64,000 nucleotides of DNA from Octopus vulgaris. Its lineage: Eukaryota. How positions within the stretch are numbered: position 1 is the stretch's first letter; every line of letters starts with the position of its first letter. Both the position numbers and the translations under genes were made by a program. Below are positions 36,050 through 49,400 of the stretch, one piece after another. The notes beneath the pieces were generated by a model that made no database searches, was not told where the DNA came from, and saw only the letters and a list, made by a program, of their open reading frames with translations. Location of the stretch: assembly GCA_951406725.2 (NCBI GenBank), contig OX597815.1, positions 174,840,001 to 174,904,000 on the forward strand, written 5' to 3'.

Positions 36050-37470
36050 ATCATCATCATCATCATCATCATTTAACGTCCGTTTTCCATGCTAGCATGG
36101 GTTGGATGGTTCTACAGCTGGATACCCTTCCTAACGCCAATCACTCCGTGAGTGTAGTGGGTGCGTTTTATGTGCCACCAGCATGGAAGCCAGTCAAGGT
36201 GGTGGTGGCATCGACCACGTATGGATGGTGTTTTTTATGTGCCACTGGCACAGGTGCTAGGGGATGCTGGCAACAGCCACAATCAGTTGGTGCTTTTTAT
36301 GTGCCACAAGCATGGAAGCCAGTCAAGGCGGTGCTGGTATCGGTCACATACGGATGGTGCATTTTACATGCCACCGGCACAGGTATCGCAACTACAATTT
36401 CCATTTGATTTTTTGATGCTGATATACTTGACTCAATAGGTCTCCTTAAGCACAGCAGGTTGCCCTACGATCCAAGGTAAGTACAGCAATCCAAGGCACT
36501 TTGGAAGGGCTGGGTCTTCTATGTGAAGCTGGTGCAGGAAACAGCCATGAACTCACATTATTTGTCAGGTCTTCGCAGTCACAGCATATCTCCAGAGGTC
36601 TTGGTCATCCGTCATTGCTTCTGTGAGACCCAACGTTTGAAGGTCATGCTTGACCACCTCATGCCATTTCTTCCTGGGTCTACCTCTACCCTGGATTCCT
36701 TCAACTGTTAGGGAGTGGCACTTCTTCACACATCTATCCTCATCCATCCATAGTACATGACCATACCAGCGCAGACATCTCTCTTGCACGCCACATCCAA
36801 TGCTTCTTTTGTCCAGCATTTCTCTCAGGGCACTTACACTCTGTTGTGTATGCACACTGACATTACACATCCAGCAGATCATGCTAGCTTCATTTCTTTC
36901 AAGCCTATGCATGTGCTCTGCAGTCACTGCCCATGTTTCACTACTGTGAAACATTGCAGTTCGCACACATGCGTCGTACAATCTACCTTTCACTCTGAGT
37001 GAGAGACCCTTTGTCACCAGTACGGGTAGGAGCTTTCTGAACTTTGCCCAGGCTATTCTTATTCTAGTGGTAACACTCTCTGAGCATCCACCCCCACTAC
37101 TAACTTGGTCACCTAGGTAGTGGAAACTATCAACTACTTCTAGTTTCTCCCCCAGGAGTGTAATGAAATCTGTTTTCTGAGTATCAATGGTGTCTACTGC
37201 CACTGTGCATCTGCCACACACAAAAGCTATATTCTTGGTTAATTTTCCTTTGATGGTGCTGCACCTCTAATGTGTCCATAGCTTACACTGGGTACATCTT
37301 ATGGAGTTTCTACCTACACCTTTTCTACAGATCGAGCAGGGCCACCTACCTGAAGGGGTGTGTGGTGTGTTTGCCTTCCTACTTACTAAGACTTTGGTCT
37401 TTGCTACATTGACTCTAAGGCCTTTTGATTCTAAGCCTAGCTCCCACACCTAAAATTTCTTTTCTAGTTC
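36050..37470 (-). mobile_element. 5'-truncated RTE LINE (end of RT, PHD-like finger, C-terminus, 3' UTR, (ATG)n tail)
   Basis: KGLRVNVAKTK, FHYLG, RIRIAWAKFR, LRWYGHV, GRGRPRKKW in ORFs 37267-37449 and 36565-37221. Confidence 0.92.
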
Positions 37471-37509
37471 CGGTAGTGATATATATATATTATATTTGTA
37501 CCCATACAA

Positions 37510-37531
37510 ACAACACACACATACACACACA

Positions 37532-37611
<80 letters not shown>

Positions 37612-37612
37612 T
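37510..37612. repeat. (AC)n microsatellite
   Basis: Directly visible. Confidence 0.95.
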
Positions 37613-37781
37613 GCATCATACATATGTTATATAGTCAATGTAGAGGATAATTTGACACTGTGAACTCCACACATAATATGAATGAAAGCTGGTTTGATAC
37701 AATGGATTAGTATTGCAATAAATATTTATAGGTGTAAATAAAAATATCTGTATGAACACATATACATATATATATCATAGG

Positions 37782-38920
37782 AAGGCGGCGAGCTGGCAGA
37801 AACGTTAACACGCCGGGCGAAATGTTTAGCGGTATTTCGTCTGTTGTTACGTTTTGAGTTCAAATTCCGCCGAGGTTGACTTTGCCTTTCATCCTTTCAG
37901 GGTCGATAAATAAAGTACCAGTTTCGCACTGGAGTCGATGTAATCGACTTAATTCCTCTGTCTATCCTTGTTTGTCCCCTCTGTATTTAGCCCCTCGTGG
38001 GTAGTAAAGAAATATATATATCATAGGTGCAGGTGTGGTTGTGTAGTAAGAAGCTTGCTTCCCAACCACATGGTTCTGGGTTCAATCCCAGTGCATGGCA
38101 ACTTGGGCAAGTGTCTTCTACTATAGCCTTGAGCTGACCAAAGCCTTGTGAGTGAATTTGGTAGATGGAAACTGAAAGCAGATCTGATCAAAGTTTATAT
38201 ATGTGTATGTATCTATGTGTGTTTTTGTGTCTGTGTTTGTCCTCACTTCTTATTTCTTTACTGCCCACAAGAGGCTATATGCAGAGGGGACAAACAAGGA
38301 CAGACAAATGGATTAAGTCGATTATATCGACCCCAGTGCGTAACTGGTACTTATTTAATCAACTTCGAAAGGATAAAAGGTAAAGTTGACCTCAGAAAGT
38401 TTGAACTCAGAATCTGGCCGCTGCCAGCCTCCCCTGGCACCTGTGCTGGTGGCACGTAAAAAGCACCCACTACACTCATGGAGTGGTTGGCGTTAGGAAG
38501 GGTATCCAGCTGTAGAAACACTGCTAGATCAGACTGGAGCCTGGTACAGCCTCTTGGCTTCCCAGACCCCGGGTCGAACCGTCCAACCTGTGCTAGCACA
38601 GAAAACGGACGTTAAACGATGATGATGATGATGATGATGAATGTAGCAGCAGACAAAATACTGCTAAGCATTTTGCCTGGCGTGCTAATGTTTCTGCCAG
38701 TTTGCTGCCTGTTTGTCCTCACTTCTACTGCTTGACAAATGGTGTTGATGTATTTGCACTCCTGTAACTTAGTGGTTTGACAAAAGTTACTGATAAAATA
38801 AGAACCAGGCTTAAAAAAAGAAAAGTCCTAGTGTTGATTTGTTTGACTAGACCCCTTCAAGGCAGTGCTCCAGCTTAACCATAGTCACATGACTGAAACA
38901 AGTAAAAGAATAAAAGAATG
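37782..38920. mobile_element. Cluster of adjacent and nested SINEs (A, B, A-minus, RTE tail)
   Basis: TSD TATATATATCATAGG around SINE A at 37782-38011. TSD GTTTGTCCTCACTTCT (38235-38250, 38711-38726) around a - strand SINE A that itself contains an RTE tail. Confidence 0.85.
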
Positions 38921-40089
38921 TATATAAATGAGGGAAAATATAAGGGATTGTTGAAAGAAGAAATTGAATAGATTTGCATCATAATAGAAATAAAGATTAA
39001 TTTTTTTCAATAACAACGTTTCTTTTCCTTATAAAAATTCCTTCAGAATAAAAAGACTTCATTTTGATATGTTTTACCTGTATTCTATTGCTTTCAGACA
39101 AAATGTGTTTTCAGAAATTTTTTTTATTCATTTGTCTAATGAAGGTTAATTACTTGGCACAGTTTTACACAGATAAGTAGGATAGCAATTTTCAAATAAT
39201 AATAAAACGATATATTTCCCTACAGAGGTAGCTGTATTGCTTTCTCATCATTTCTGCTTACTTCTTTTGAAATACTTCTTCTTTAATACATATAACTCAA
39301 AGAAAATATTAATGGTGACAAACTACCACACTCTTTGTAAATCTGCTATATGTTTGGTTTTTTTTTCTTTTCTTTAGCTTCTGGATATAAATCTGTTGAT
39401 TAGAAATATGAAAAAAAAAAAAAAAATGATTGAAAGTTCAGGTTTTATCAACAACAAAATATTTATCTAATAAATTTATATGGAACACTAAGATTACTTT
39501 TATCAAATCCTGGGAATTAATCTTAATATTGTTTACTAATAAAATTAACAATGTCTCTCCATCTGCCTTCTGTCTCCTTGACATTTACATTGAAAGCAAT
39601 TAACTGCCATGGTGATTTCATGAAAATACTGACATGTTTAGTTAACTGAGCTGTGATACTTTGTCTATGTCTATTTTCCTTTTAGGAAAACTAGCAGGTT
39701 GTTTAGTTAGCTGAATACTGAGAGAAATTTACATAGATGTAACTGTTTTGCTATATGTAATATACAGGGTGACCCTGCCAAAAATGTATGCACACTTTGA
39801 ACGATTATAAAGTTAGTGTTTATATAGATACATTTCATTTTCAAAATTTAAGAGAATATACAGGCAGAATTTCCTGTTTTTTAAAGAACTCCTGTTTTCA
39901 AGTGGAGGCACATGGCTTAGTGTTTAGGGTGTTAGACTCATGGTTGTAAGTTAATGGTTTTGATCCCTAGACTGGACAATGTATTGTGTTCTTGAGCAAA
40001 ATGCTTAATTTCATATTGCTCCATTCCACTCCGCTGGTAAAAGTGAGTAATCTTGTGATGGACAAGCATCCCATCCAGGGTGGAATATA

Positions 40090-40778
40090 TATGCCTGAGA
40101 AGACCCGGCAAGCCAAATGAGACCATAACCTGTGGCCTATGCCGGGAGCATAACCAGCCTGCTTATACGTACCTTTTCCTTCTCTGGTCACTAAACTTTG
40201 CTTGTGAAGACCTGTTGAGGCAAGTGAAATCAAAACCAAAATCAAATTCGACAACTGGCATCCATGCTAGCGGGGTGCAAAGAGCACCATACGAGGGTGA
40301 GTGTTGACAGAGCGGCTAACCGGCTTCCGTGCCAGTGGCACATAAAAAGGGCACCATTCAAGTGTGATTGTTACCAGCGTCACCTTACTGGCACTTGTGT
40401 CTGTGCTAGTAGGGTGCCAAGAGCACCATCTGAGCGTGATCGTTGCCAGAGCAGCCAACTGGCACGTAAAAAGGGCACCATTCGAGCGTGATTGTTACCA
40501 ACGTTGCCTTACTGGCACCTGTGCTGGTGGCATGTGTAAAAAGATTTGAGCGAGGTCAATGACAGTACCGCCTGACTGGCCCCGTGCTGGTGGCACATAA
40601 AAAGCACCCATTACACTCTCAGAGTGGTTGGTGTTAGGAAGGGCATCCAGCTGTAGAAACTCTGCCAAATCAAGATTGGAGCCTGGTGCGGCCGTCTGGT
40701 TCTCCAGCCCTCAGTCAAAATCGTCCAACCTATGCTAGCATGGAAAGCAGATGTTAAACGATGATGATGATGATGATG
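40090..40778 (+). mobile_element. RTE 3'-UTR-derived repeat inserted in a SINE
   Basis: Modules GTGGCACATAAAAAG, ends CCATGCTAGCATGGAAAG-like sequence plus (ATG)n. Confidence 0.8.
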
Positions 40779-41199
40779 AAATGAGGAAACTGGCCCTGTG
40801 CTCCTTATGGAGTAATGTGGACTAACCCAAACTAACCTCCTACTTTCAAACTGATGACTGTTTTGGTCCAGGCACTACTGATAATGCAGAGCAATGGACT
40901 CACAAACATCAAAAAATGTTTGTTTGGTATTTGCATGCATTCTCATTCTATGGCTTCCCTCAGTTTGTTGACAGTTGGTGGTTTTGTACTATAAACTTAA
41001 GTATCTCCATAAAAGTGTCTAGTGGTTTGAAGTCAAGTGAATGTGAAAAGTAATCTACTGACCCTCTTCATCCAGTTCACTTGTTTGGCAAAATCTTATC
41101 AAGGTAGGCCCTTACATTACTATGGTAGTATGGGAGTTGCCCCATCTTGCTAGAAATAAAACTCCACATGTTCAAAGTCCTTGAATGTTTGGTATGACA

Positions 41200-41505
41200 G
41201 ATTTTTGCAGCAAGCTCAACCAAATGGGACACAGTTCCATCAAACATATCTCATACCCAAATTTTCAGCGAGATTGGACCAAACTGAACTGTAACTAATG
41301 ACCACATCCTCCTACAACACCTACACACTGATTTGATGGTCTTTCCAAATAGCTGCATGCACATCTGCAGTGTTTTCCTCAGTTCTGTTGGTTGTGGGTT
41401 TCCCAGAACATGTGCCGCTATTGACATTTTGTCAGTGGTCTTGGAAATGTTTGAACCACTTGTACTCTCGTGTCCAGCTTATAAACTCCTCCCCAGACAT
41501 AATGA
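41200..41505 (-). mobile_element. Mariner transposase N-terminal (HTH) fragment, decayed
   Basis: Translates to YKWFKHFQD...SGKPTT...ISYSSV...ENLGMR with stops. Confidence 0.75.
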
Positions 41506-43023
41506 TCCAATTAATCCTTTTGATGATAAGCCATAACAAGATATTCGACTGGCCATAAGTCTAAGAAGAGCTAACTGAGGTTAAACATAAAAAAAAAAAT
41601 CCTGTTCCTTTCTGCAATATATACTACAGTCAATGAAAGAAGTGATAAAATGATTCAGTAATTGATATAATGGGTTACCCACTTATAAATTGCGTTCACA
41701 TCTGGGCAGGACACTTAAATTCTATACTTTGCATTTTATCTAAATAGAGGCACTGAACACAGACCTTTACCAGTAAAATTATCTGCATTAGACTAGTTTT
41801 TCACCAAATATGAGATTTAGCTTCTTATCTACTTATTGCTACAACAATCAAAATTAGGTATCTGGTTTCTATGAGCACTTGTGATATTCTATACGTGTAA
41901 CTTGTTTTCTCCTTTAAAAAGTCATGTTGAAAATGTTTCTGGCATGGCTATATGGTTAAGAAATTTACTTTGCAATCACATGGTTTCAAATTCAGTCCAA
42001 CTGTGCTGCACCTTGGGCAAGTGTCTTTCACTATAACTCCAGGCTGACCAATGATTTATGAGTAAATTTGGTAGACAGAAGTTGTATGGAAGCCCATCAT
42101 ATACCACCACCACCACCACCATTTGAAGTCCATTTTCCGTGCTGGCATGGGTTGGACAATGTGTGTGTGAGTCTTTGTGTTAGTCTAGAAACGCTGCTAG
42201 ATTACAGGATATTTGGTAATCTAGCAGTTTGGCAAAAGAGACTGATAGACTTAAGTAGCAAACTATAGGTACCAGATTTTAAAAAGTAAGTACTGGGGCC
42301 AATTTGTTCAACTAAACCTTTCAAGATGGTACCCCATCATAGCTGCAGTCCAGTGACCAAAACAAATAAAAGATAGTAATAAATGCTCAGACTATTATTG
42401 AGACTAGAGTGACTTGTGATGGATCCCAAGTGTTCTGAAATTAAGAAGGTGAGATATTACATTTGATCAACTGTCAAGCATATTGTGGTGATTATGGAGA
42501 GGGAGGAGAAGAGGTGGAGCTACAATTATACCATTCAATTTTTCTTTTAATTTCACAACTTTTTAAAAATCAATTTCCTTATTGTTGGCTTTATATGAAA
42601 CACAACTTTACAATTAATTTTTCTCACACTGCAGGGATGTATAACCTGCACTGTACTTGGCTGATAAGCTATCTGATAGTTTGTTACAAGATTTGAATCA
42701 AATTGCAATCACTCTAATAGGTAAGAATTACAGGAGTTATCTGTTAAGGAAAGCAAAGACTGACTTGATTTAGCACTATCCACCTCTTTTCCTACAAATA
42801 CCATGTTATTACATTTTATAGTATTGATAAAATCAATAGGCCCATTGTTTATTGATCAACTCCCATTGGTGAAGAACGCTTAAAAGCAACTGAAATCGAC
42901 TACTTGATTGATAAATCATTACTAGAAATTGATTTTTTTGTCACTGAAAATAGTTCTGAGTTGCACACATAAAAATTTAACCAAATCGCAAAAGAAAATT
43001 TAAAAAATAAAAAAAGAAATCTG

Positions 43024-43094
43024 TGCATCGGCCGGGAATCGAACCCGGGCCGCCCGCGTGGCAGGCGAGCATTCTACCACTGAACCACCGATGC
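43024..43094 (-). tRNA. tRNA-Gly(GCC)
   Basis: The reverse complement GCATCGGTGGTTCAGTGGTAGAATGCTCGCCTGCCACGCGGGCGGCCCGGGTTCGATTCCCGGCCGATGCA is a 71-nt cloverleaf with GCC anticodon and A/B boxes. An oligo-T Pol III terminator follows shortly downstream (A-runs at about 43002-43015 on +). Confidence 0.98.
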
Positions 43095-43328
43095 TCACAA
43101 GGTCAATGGCTTACAATAAGCATTATAAACAAGATTTTGATATTTTAAATGAATGTACAATTTACTTATCTCAGTGGTTTTATAAATTATAATAAACAGC
43201 TTATATTCATCTTAATTTTAAACTAAATTTTAATCAATAATGACCTGTTATTTAATGCAATAGAATATCGTCGCTTCTAATAGTGTCTCTGAATTTCACG
43301 ACGTTATAAGCGACCTTCCTTTCTTCTA

Positions 43329-43336
43329 ACTTCCGG
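43329..43336. promoter_or_regulatory. ETS-like motif ACTTCCGG in the SYF2 proximal promoter
   Basis: Motif about 50 bp upstream of the SYF2 ATG, inside a CpG-retaining island. Confidence 0.45.
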
Positions 43337-43386
43337 TTTTGCTTAAGCTCAGTATCAAATATTCGGATAGTTTATACAATATCAAA

Positions 43387-43413
43387 ATGTTTAAACCTCG
43401 GTCATTAGCTACC
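43387..43413 (+). CDS. SYF2: SYF2 exon 1 coding part (MFKPRSLAT)
   Basis: CAAAATG start, ACC|GTAAGT donor in phase 0, in a promoter-like CpG island. No homology support for these 9 aa. Confidence 0.7.
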
Positions 43414-46400
43414 GTAAGTATGCATCACTATTTTGTTTATATATATAGTATCTAGTTATATTGTCTTTATCGTTAGCCTATCTCCAACGACGTTTTCAAC
43501 ATTAGTTATTTGTGATCCTTGACATTCTAAGTGATAGATCAATAACAACACTTGACATGCACTGGCCATTAACATCATTATTTCTAATATTTAGTTTATT
43601 TTCTTATATTTTGCATAAAAATATATTACATATCGGCGATTCTGAGCCTATGTATTTTTTGTATATTGAATAGTGTGTAATGGGGAACAGTGTTTTTAGA
43701 ATTGGAGTACAGGTATATTGGGAGGATTCTAGAGTGGAGAAACTGTGCTAGGTATTTAGTGTAGGGAAGGCTGGTAAGTACAGTGAGTTTAGACCCTTCT
43801 AACAGGTTAAGTCGAAAGTAACGATGAAGTTTGATTGATGATGATGCTGTGGAGAAATGAACGAGTGAAGAATAATTAATTACGAAGACGGCCATTTATT
43901 TAGTTGATTATCATATCGTTACACCCTTTTAATCATAGTACAGTTTAGCAGAGAGGAAGTGGTTAAGACTGTTTTGGTGATTGTTGTTTTGTTTATTAAG
44001 TTAAGGTGCTTCGTTTTCAAGTGATTCAGAATTGGGCATTCCTTCGATATAGCTCGACAAGGTTGAGACATTTCACCTCGGGTATTTCCGTGGGTTGTGG
44101 AGTATAGGTATAACGAAATTATGCCCGTTAATTATGTGTCGAACTATTTGGGGACAAAAGCATTTTCTGGTTCTGAAGTGAAACCTCAGTTGTTGAGATG
44201 CAATTTTCACTGAGTGTGGTAACTGCGAGAGGTCATTGGCTTTATCAAACCTGAAACTATTCAACAATTTCTGTTAACTTTAAGGCCCTTTGATTCCAGG
44301 TTTTGCTTCCAAATCCGAAACTTCTCCAATTCTGCTTCAGATTCTTCAATAAGAGCAGGATCATCAGCATATAGTAGTTCCCATGGGCATCCAATTTTGA
44401 ATTCATCTGTAATGGCCTGGAGAACTATGATGAATAAAACTGGACTAAGAACCGATCCCTGGTGTACTCCAGCTTGTTCATTAAATTCATCACTGTATTT
44501 AAGGCCAACTCTCACCTTACTGACAACATCACTGTACATGCCCTGAACTGCTCTAACAAGCCACTCCTCTACTCCTAACTTCTTTAGAGACGACCAAATA
44601 AGAGAGCAGGGAACCCTTTCGAAAGCTTTCTCTATGTCAGTGTAGGCTAAGTACAATACATCTGTGGTACTTCTCCCAGGAACAAAACCAAACTGCATCT
44701 CCTCTAGTTTAATTCTATCCTTAATTAGTTGAGATACCACTCTCTCTGTAATTTTCATAACCTGATCCAGCAGTTTGATACCTCTGTAGTTGTTTCTGTC
44801 TGAGGCATCACCTTTACCCTTACAGCAGCTGACTATAATACTGCGACACCAGTCTTTGGGGATGATACCTTCCTGAATAATCTGATTAACTATGCAAGTG
44901 ACTAGGCTGTATCCCACACTACCTGATATTTGAATTATCTCAGCAGTGATACCTGATGGTCCAGGGGCTTTTCCAGTCTTCATTTATAACAGTATAATAG
45001 ATAATTGCCTTATCTATTATACTGTTATCCACTCTGATGGCAGGTCCCTCAATTGGTTCAATATTTGAAAAAAATCTCCTTCCCCCGATCATTCTCCACA
45101 TTTAACAACCTTTCATAATGGCATCTCCACGTATCTTTCTTCTCTGAGTCACTATGTGCAAACATACCATTACCCAGTAACACACATTTCTCACCTAACA
45201 CATCTCTATTTTCTCTGATACACTGCTTTGCAATCCTGAACACCACATGCCTCTGATCCTCATGCTGCATAACATTGGCCAACTTCTTGCCTTCTGCTGT
45301 TCCTTTTGCTATGTAAATCTGTTGCCTAGCCTCCCTTCTGGCTCCCTGATATAATGCTTTGCTTCCACTGTTTTCCCAGTCTTTGCTGGCCTGACTCTTT
45401 GCTTTTATAGCATTGTCCACCTCTTTGTTCTATCACCAAGTCACCCTCGGCCTGACTGGGACATTGTAGTAACCACAGATTTGGTCAGCAGCACCCAGTA
45501 AATTGTCCTGCAGGAACTTCCAGTTGTCCGCTAAGCTGCATGTCCCTTCCTCCTCCCCCTTTCTATCATCAGAGGCCTCAAGTATAATGTCTCTAAATTT
45601 TGAGCTTCCATAATCTTTTCCAATGTAGATTATGTTTTTGAGTCTCTCTAGCCCTAATTCTGAAGTCACTAACTAGTGGCCTATGTTGGGATGTACACTC
45701 ACCTGGGAAGGACTTCGCATTTGTGAGCATCTGTCTGACTCCTTGCCTGGTGAGGAGGTAATCAACCTGGCTTATATTCCCACCAGATTGATAAGCAAAT
45801 AGGTGGCTGGTTGGCTTTCTAAAGTTAGTGTTGCAGATTGAAAGATCATTTGCATCATAGAACTCAAGCAGCCGTGTACCTTCCTCATTAACACTATTTA
45901 CAAATAGTGTTAATTGGGCATTAAAACTGATTAGATTGTAATGGTGGTCATAATGATGATATAATTACCTCCTGCTTTTTTTTTTATTATAGAAAAAGCC
46001 TGCACCTACTGCTGAAGAACAAGAGGCAGCTCGGAAGCGTAAGGAAAGATCGCAACGTCTTCAAAATCTTCAGTTACGAATGGTAAAGTATTTTCTGTGT
46101 TCTTTCTTTTACCTACCATGTACTTTTAATGTTTCTAAATTCAGAAAATTTGATCTTACTGTACATTAGCCTCACTTGTGCAGGTCTGCAAGCTTTTGCA
46201 ATACTTGAGTGCTTGGGTAATAAATATATTGTTTCATCATCATCGTTTAACATCCGCTTTCCATGCTAGCATGGGTTGGATGATTTGACTGAGGTCTGGC
46301 GAACCAGATGGCTGCACCAGACTCCAATCTGATCTGGCAGAGTTTCTACAGTTGGATGCCCTTCCTAATGCCAACCACTCCGAGAGTGTAGTGGGTGCTT

Positions 46401-49400
46401 TTACATGCCAGTCAGGCGGTACTGGCAATGGCCACGCTCAAATGGTGCTTTTTATGTGCCACCTGCACAGGAGCCAGCCCAGCGGCACTGGCAAAGACCT
46501 CGCTCGAATGTTTTTTCACGTGCCACCAGCACAAGTGCCAGTAAGGTGACGCAGGTAACAATCACACTAAAATGGTGCTTTTTATGTGCCACCAGCACAG
46601 AGGCCAGTTTGTTGCTCTGGCAATGATCATGCTCGTATGGTACTCTTAGCGCTCCACTAGCATGGATGCCAGTCATCAAATTTGATTTGATTTTGATTTC
46701 ACTTGCCTCAACAGGTCTTTGCAAGCAGAGTTTAGTGTCCAATGAAGGAAAGGTACGCATAAGTGGGCTGGTTACACCCTGGCATAGGCCACGAGTTTAT
46801 GGTCTCACTTGGGCATGCCACTGTGATAATATTGCCTGTTTTAATGTGTTGCTATGTGTTATAATAAATAAAGAGTACCAATTAATTCATTGATTAGTAA
46901 AAAAATTAATCAATAATTATTTTATTAAGGAATAACCAGTTGTCATTTTATGCAACTGGCATAGATCTTCTATCTTTTACTTGTTTCAATTATTAGACTG
47001 CGGCCATGCTGGGACACTGCCTTGAAGAATTTTGTAGTCAAATAAATTGACCCCAGTACTTTTGTTTTTATCAAGGCTGGCATTCTATTGGTCTCTTACT
47101 GAACTGCTAAGTTACAGGGACATAAACACGCCAACACTAGTTGTCAAGCGGTAGTGAGAGACAAATACACACACACATGATGGGCTTCTTTCAGTTTCCG
47201 TCTACCAAATCCACTATCAAAGCTTTGGTTGGCCCAAGAAGCCATGCAGTGGGATTGAACCCAGAACCATGTTGTTGGGAAGTAAGCTTCTTACTACACA
47301 ACTACACCTGTTTTGTAATAAGATTCGGCCTGTCACACTTATCCTACAACATTGTTCTAAAGATAAACAATCACATCATTGAAATCTCAAAGCTACATGG
47401 TAATACATGACTAATTCATAATCAAGATTATCTCTCAATGGAGTTTTTTGAGGTTAATTAATAGGTACAGAAATGTTGTTATTTATCATATGAGCATTAG
47501 TGATGTATGTGAAATGAAACATGTTCAATTAGCAACCACTTTTAAAAACAGATGTTAAAATTATAATTATAATTAATAGTGTTCATTCCAAATTGTAAGG
47601 ATTCTTTTTTTTAATTATCATTTCCCTCCTCCACAAGAAATATATAGTGCCTTTTTTTTATACACTAAAGTTTGAATAATTTAGAAAACTTCTAACCATT
47701 TAAACCATCCATATCTGGCCAAAATAATCTACTTGTTTTATCTTCAAATTGGCCAGATCACACTTGCCCTGCAATATTATTCTAAAGATAAATTATCATG
47801 TTATTGAAGCCACAAAGCTATAAAGTAATGCATGGCTAGTTTATATCAATGTGAATAAATAAGTGTTACATTTGACTGAGAAATCTGAATGATAAGGGTT
47901 AGAAGAAGTTTGCATTGAGCCTATAGGCTCATGAGGCTGGAGTTTATCTAGATTTTCAAGATGTTTAAGCTGAGAGTACAAGACTATTGAATTTGATGCC
48001 AGTCCATCATAGGGTTAACCCTCAGATGCTGCTGGTACTCATTTTCAGCTGTGTGTAATGAAGCAAGATGAAATGAAGTCCCTTACTCAAAGACATAACG
48101 TGCTGTCTGGTCCAAGAATGAAACCTACGATCTAATGATTGTTAGGACCACACGTCTTTAGAGTAAGGTTTTACTTTAAGGAGAGTAAGATTATATTGGT
48201 TAGGTGTTGGTATGGCTGTGTGGTCAAGAAGCTTGTTTCCCTACCACTTGGTTCTGGGTTCAGTCCCACTGCTTGGCACTTTGAACAAGTGCCTTCTACT
48301 ATAGCCTCAGGCCAACTAAGGCACTCTGAGTGAATTTAGTAGATAGAAACTGAAAGAAGCCTGTCACACACACACAAATATATAAAAATTAATATTGACA
48401 GCTAGGTGCAATGTGATACCATAAAGGAAAAATATAATTATCACCAAATGTGACTAAGGGTGTCAAGACACCTACATTGCTAGAAATAAGAGCTGAAATG
48501 CCTAAATTCTGTAGGAAAAGCACATAAATGTATATGTATATGTATATGCTCACAGGGGCTGCAATTGCCCAAAGCACCGACTGGAGAATTCCTTATCTTC
48601 AGTAAGGACCACTTGTTCGGCTGATTCTGGGCTTAATCCTCTGTCAGCATATATGTATTTACCATGAAGATTTATGGATGATTTAGCAGATTGCTAATGT
48701 GTATATAAAAATTAATATAAACATCCATGCACAATGTGATATCATAAAGGTGAAAAATATATATGTGTCATCAATCATCATCATCAAATGGATGACAAAT
48801 GTTAAATAATGATGACGACACACACATGCATTTATGTATTTTTCTTGCAAGATTCCTGATGTGAAATTGTGTGTTGAAACAGATATTGTTATATTTGGGG
48901 TGGTCATATTTTGCAAATTCAACATATATACTATATGCTTGGTCTTCACTTCAGCTTTATTGTTATTATTATTTTTTTCTAAATGAAAACCAAGCATATA
49001 GTGTGTGTGTGTGTTTAATTGGCAAAATATGACCATCCCCAAATATAACACACACACACACACGTATGTGTGTGTGTTTGAGAGAGAGAGAGAGTTAGTG
49101 TCTCTGTCTTGACATCATGTGACTAGTAAAATGAGTGTCGCTATCATGCAAACAGCATCCTTCATATCCAATGTTCCATGAAAACTTGTCCAGCCATGGG
49201 GAAAATATTACCTTACTTGGAAGTAGGTAAGGGTTGATAAAAGAAAGCACATCTGGCTATAGAAAATCTGCCTTGACAAATTCTGTCTGACCCATGTGAG
49301 CATGGAAATGTGAATGCTAAATTGATGATGATTACAACTGAGTTATAGGTTCAATTCACTGGAATCTGATTTTTTTACACTCTTTAATGATAAAAAAAAA

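Noticed and set aside
42822-42972. Selenoprotein-like exon with in-frame TGA
   Set aside because: No recognisable family or SECIS, and the phase does not fit the upstream exon-like segment. Decay is the simpler explanation.
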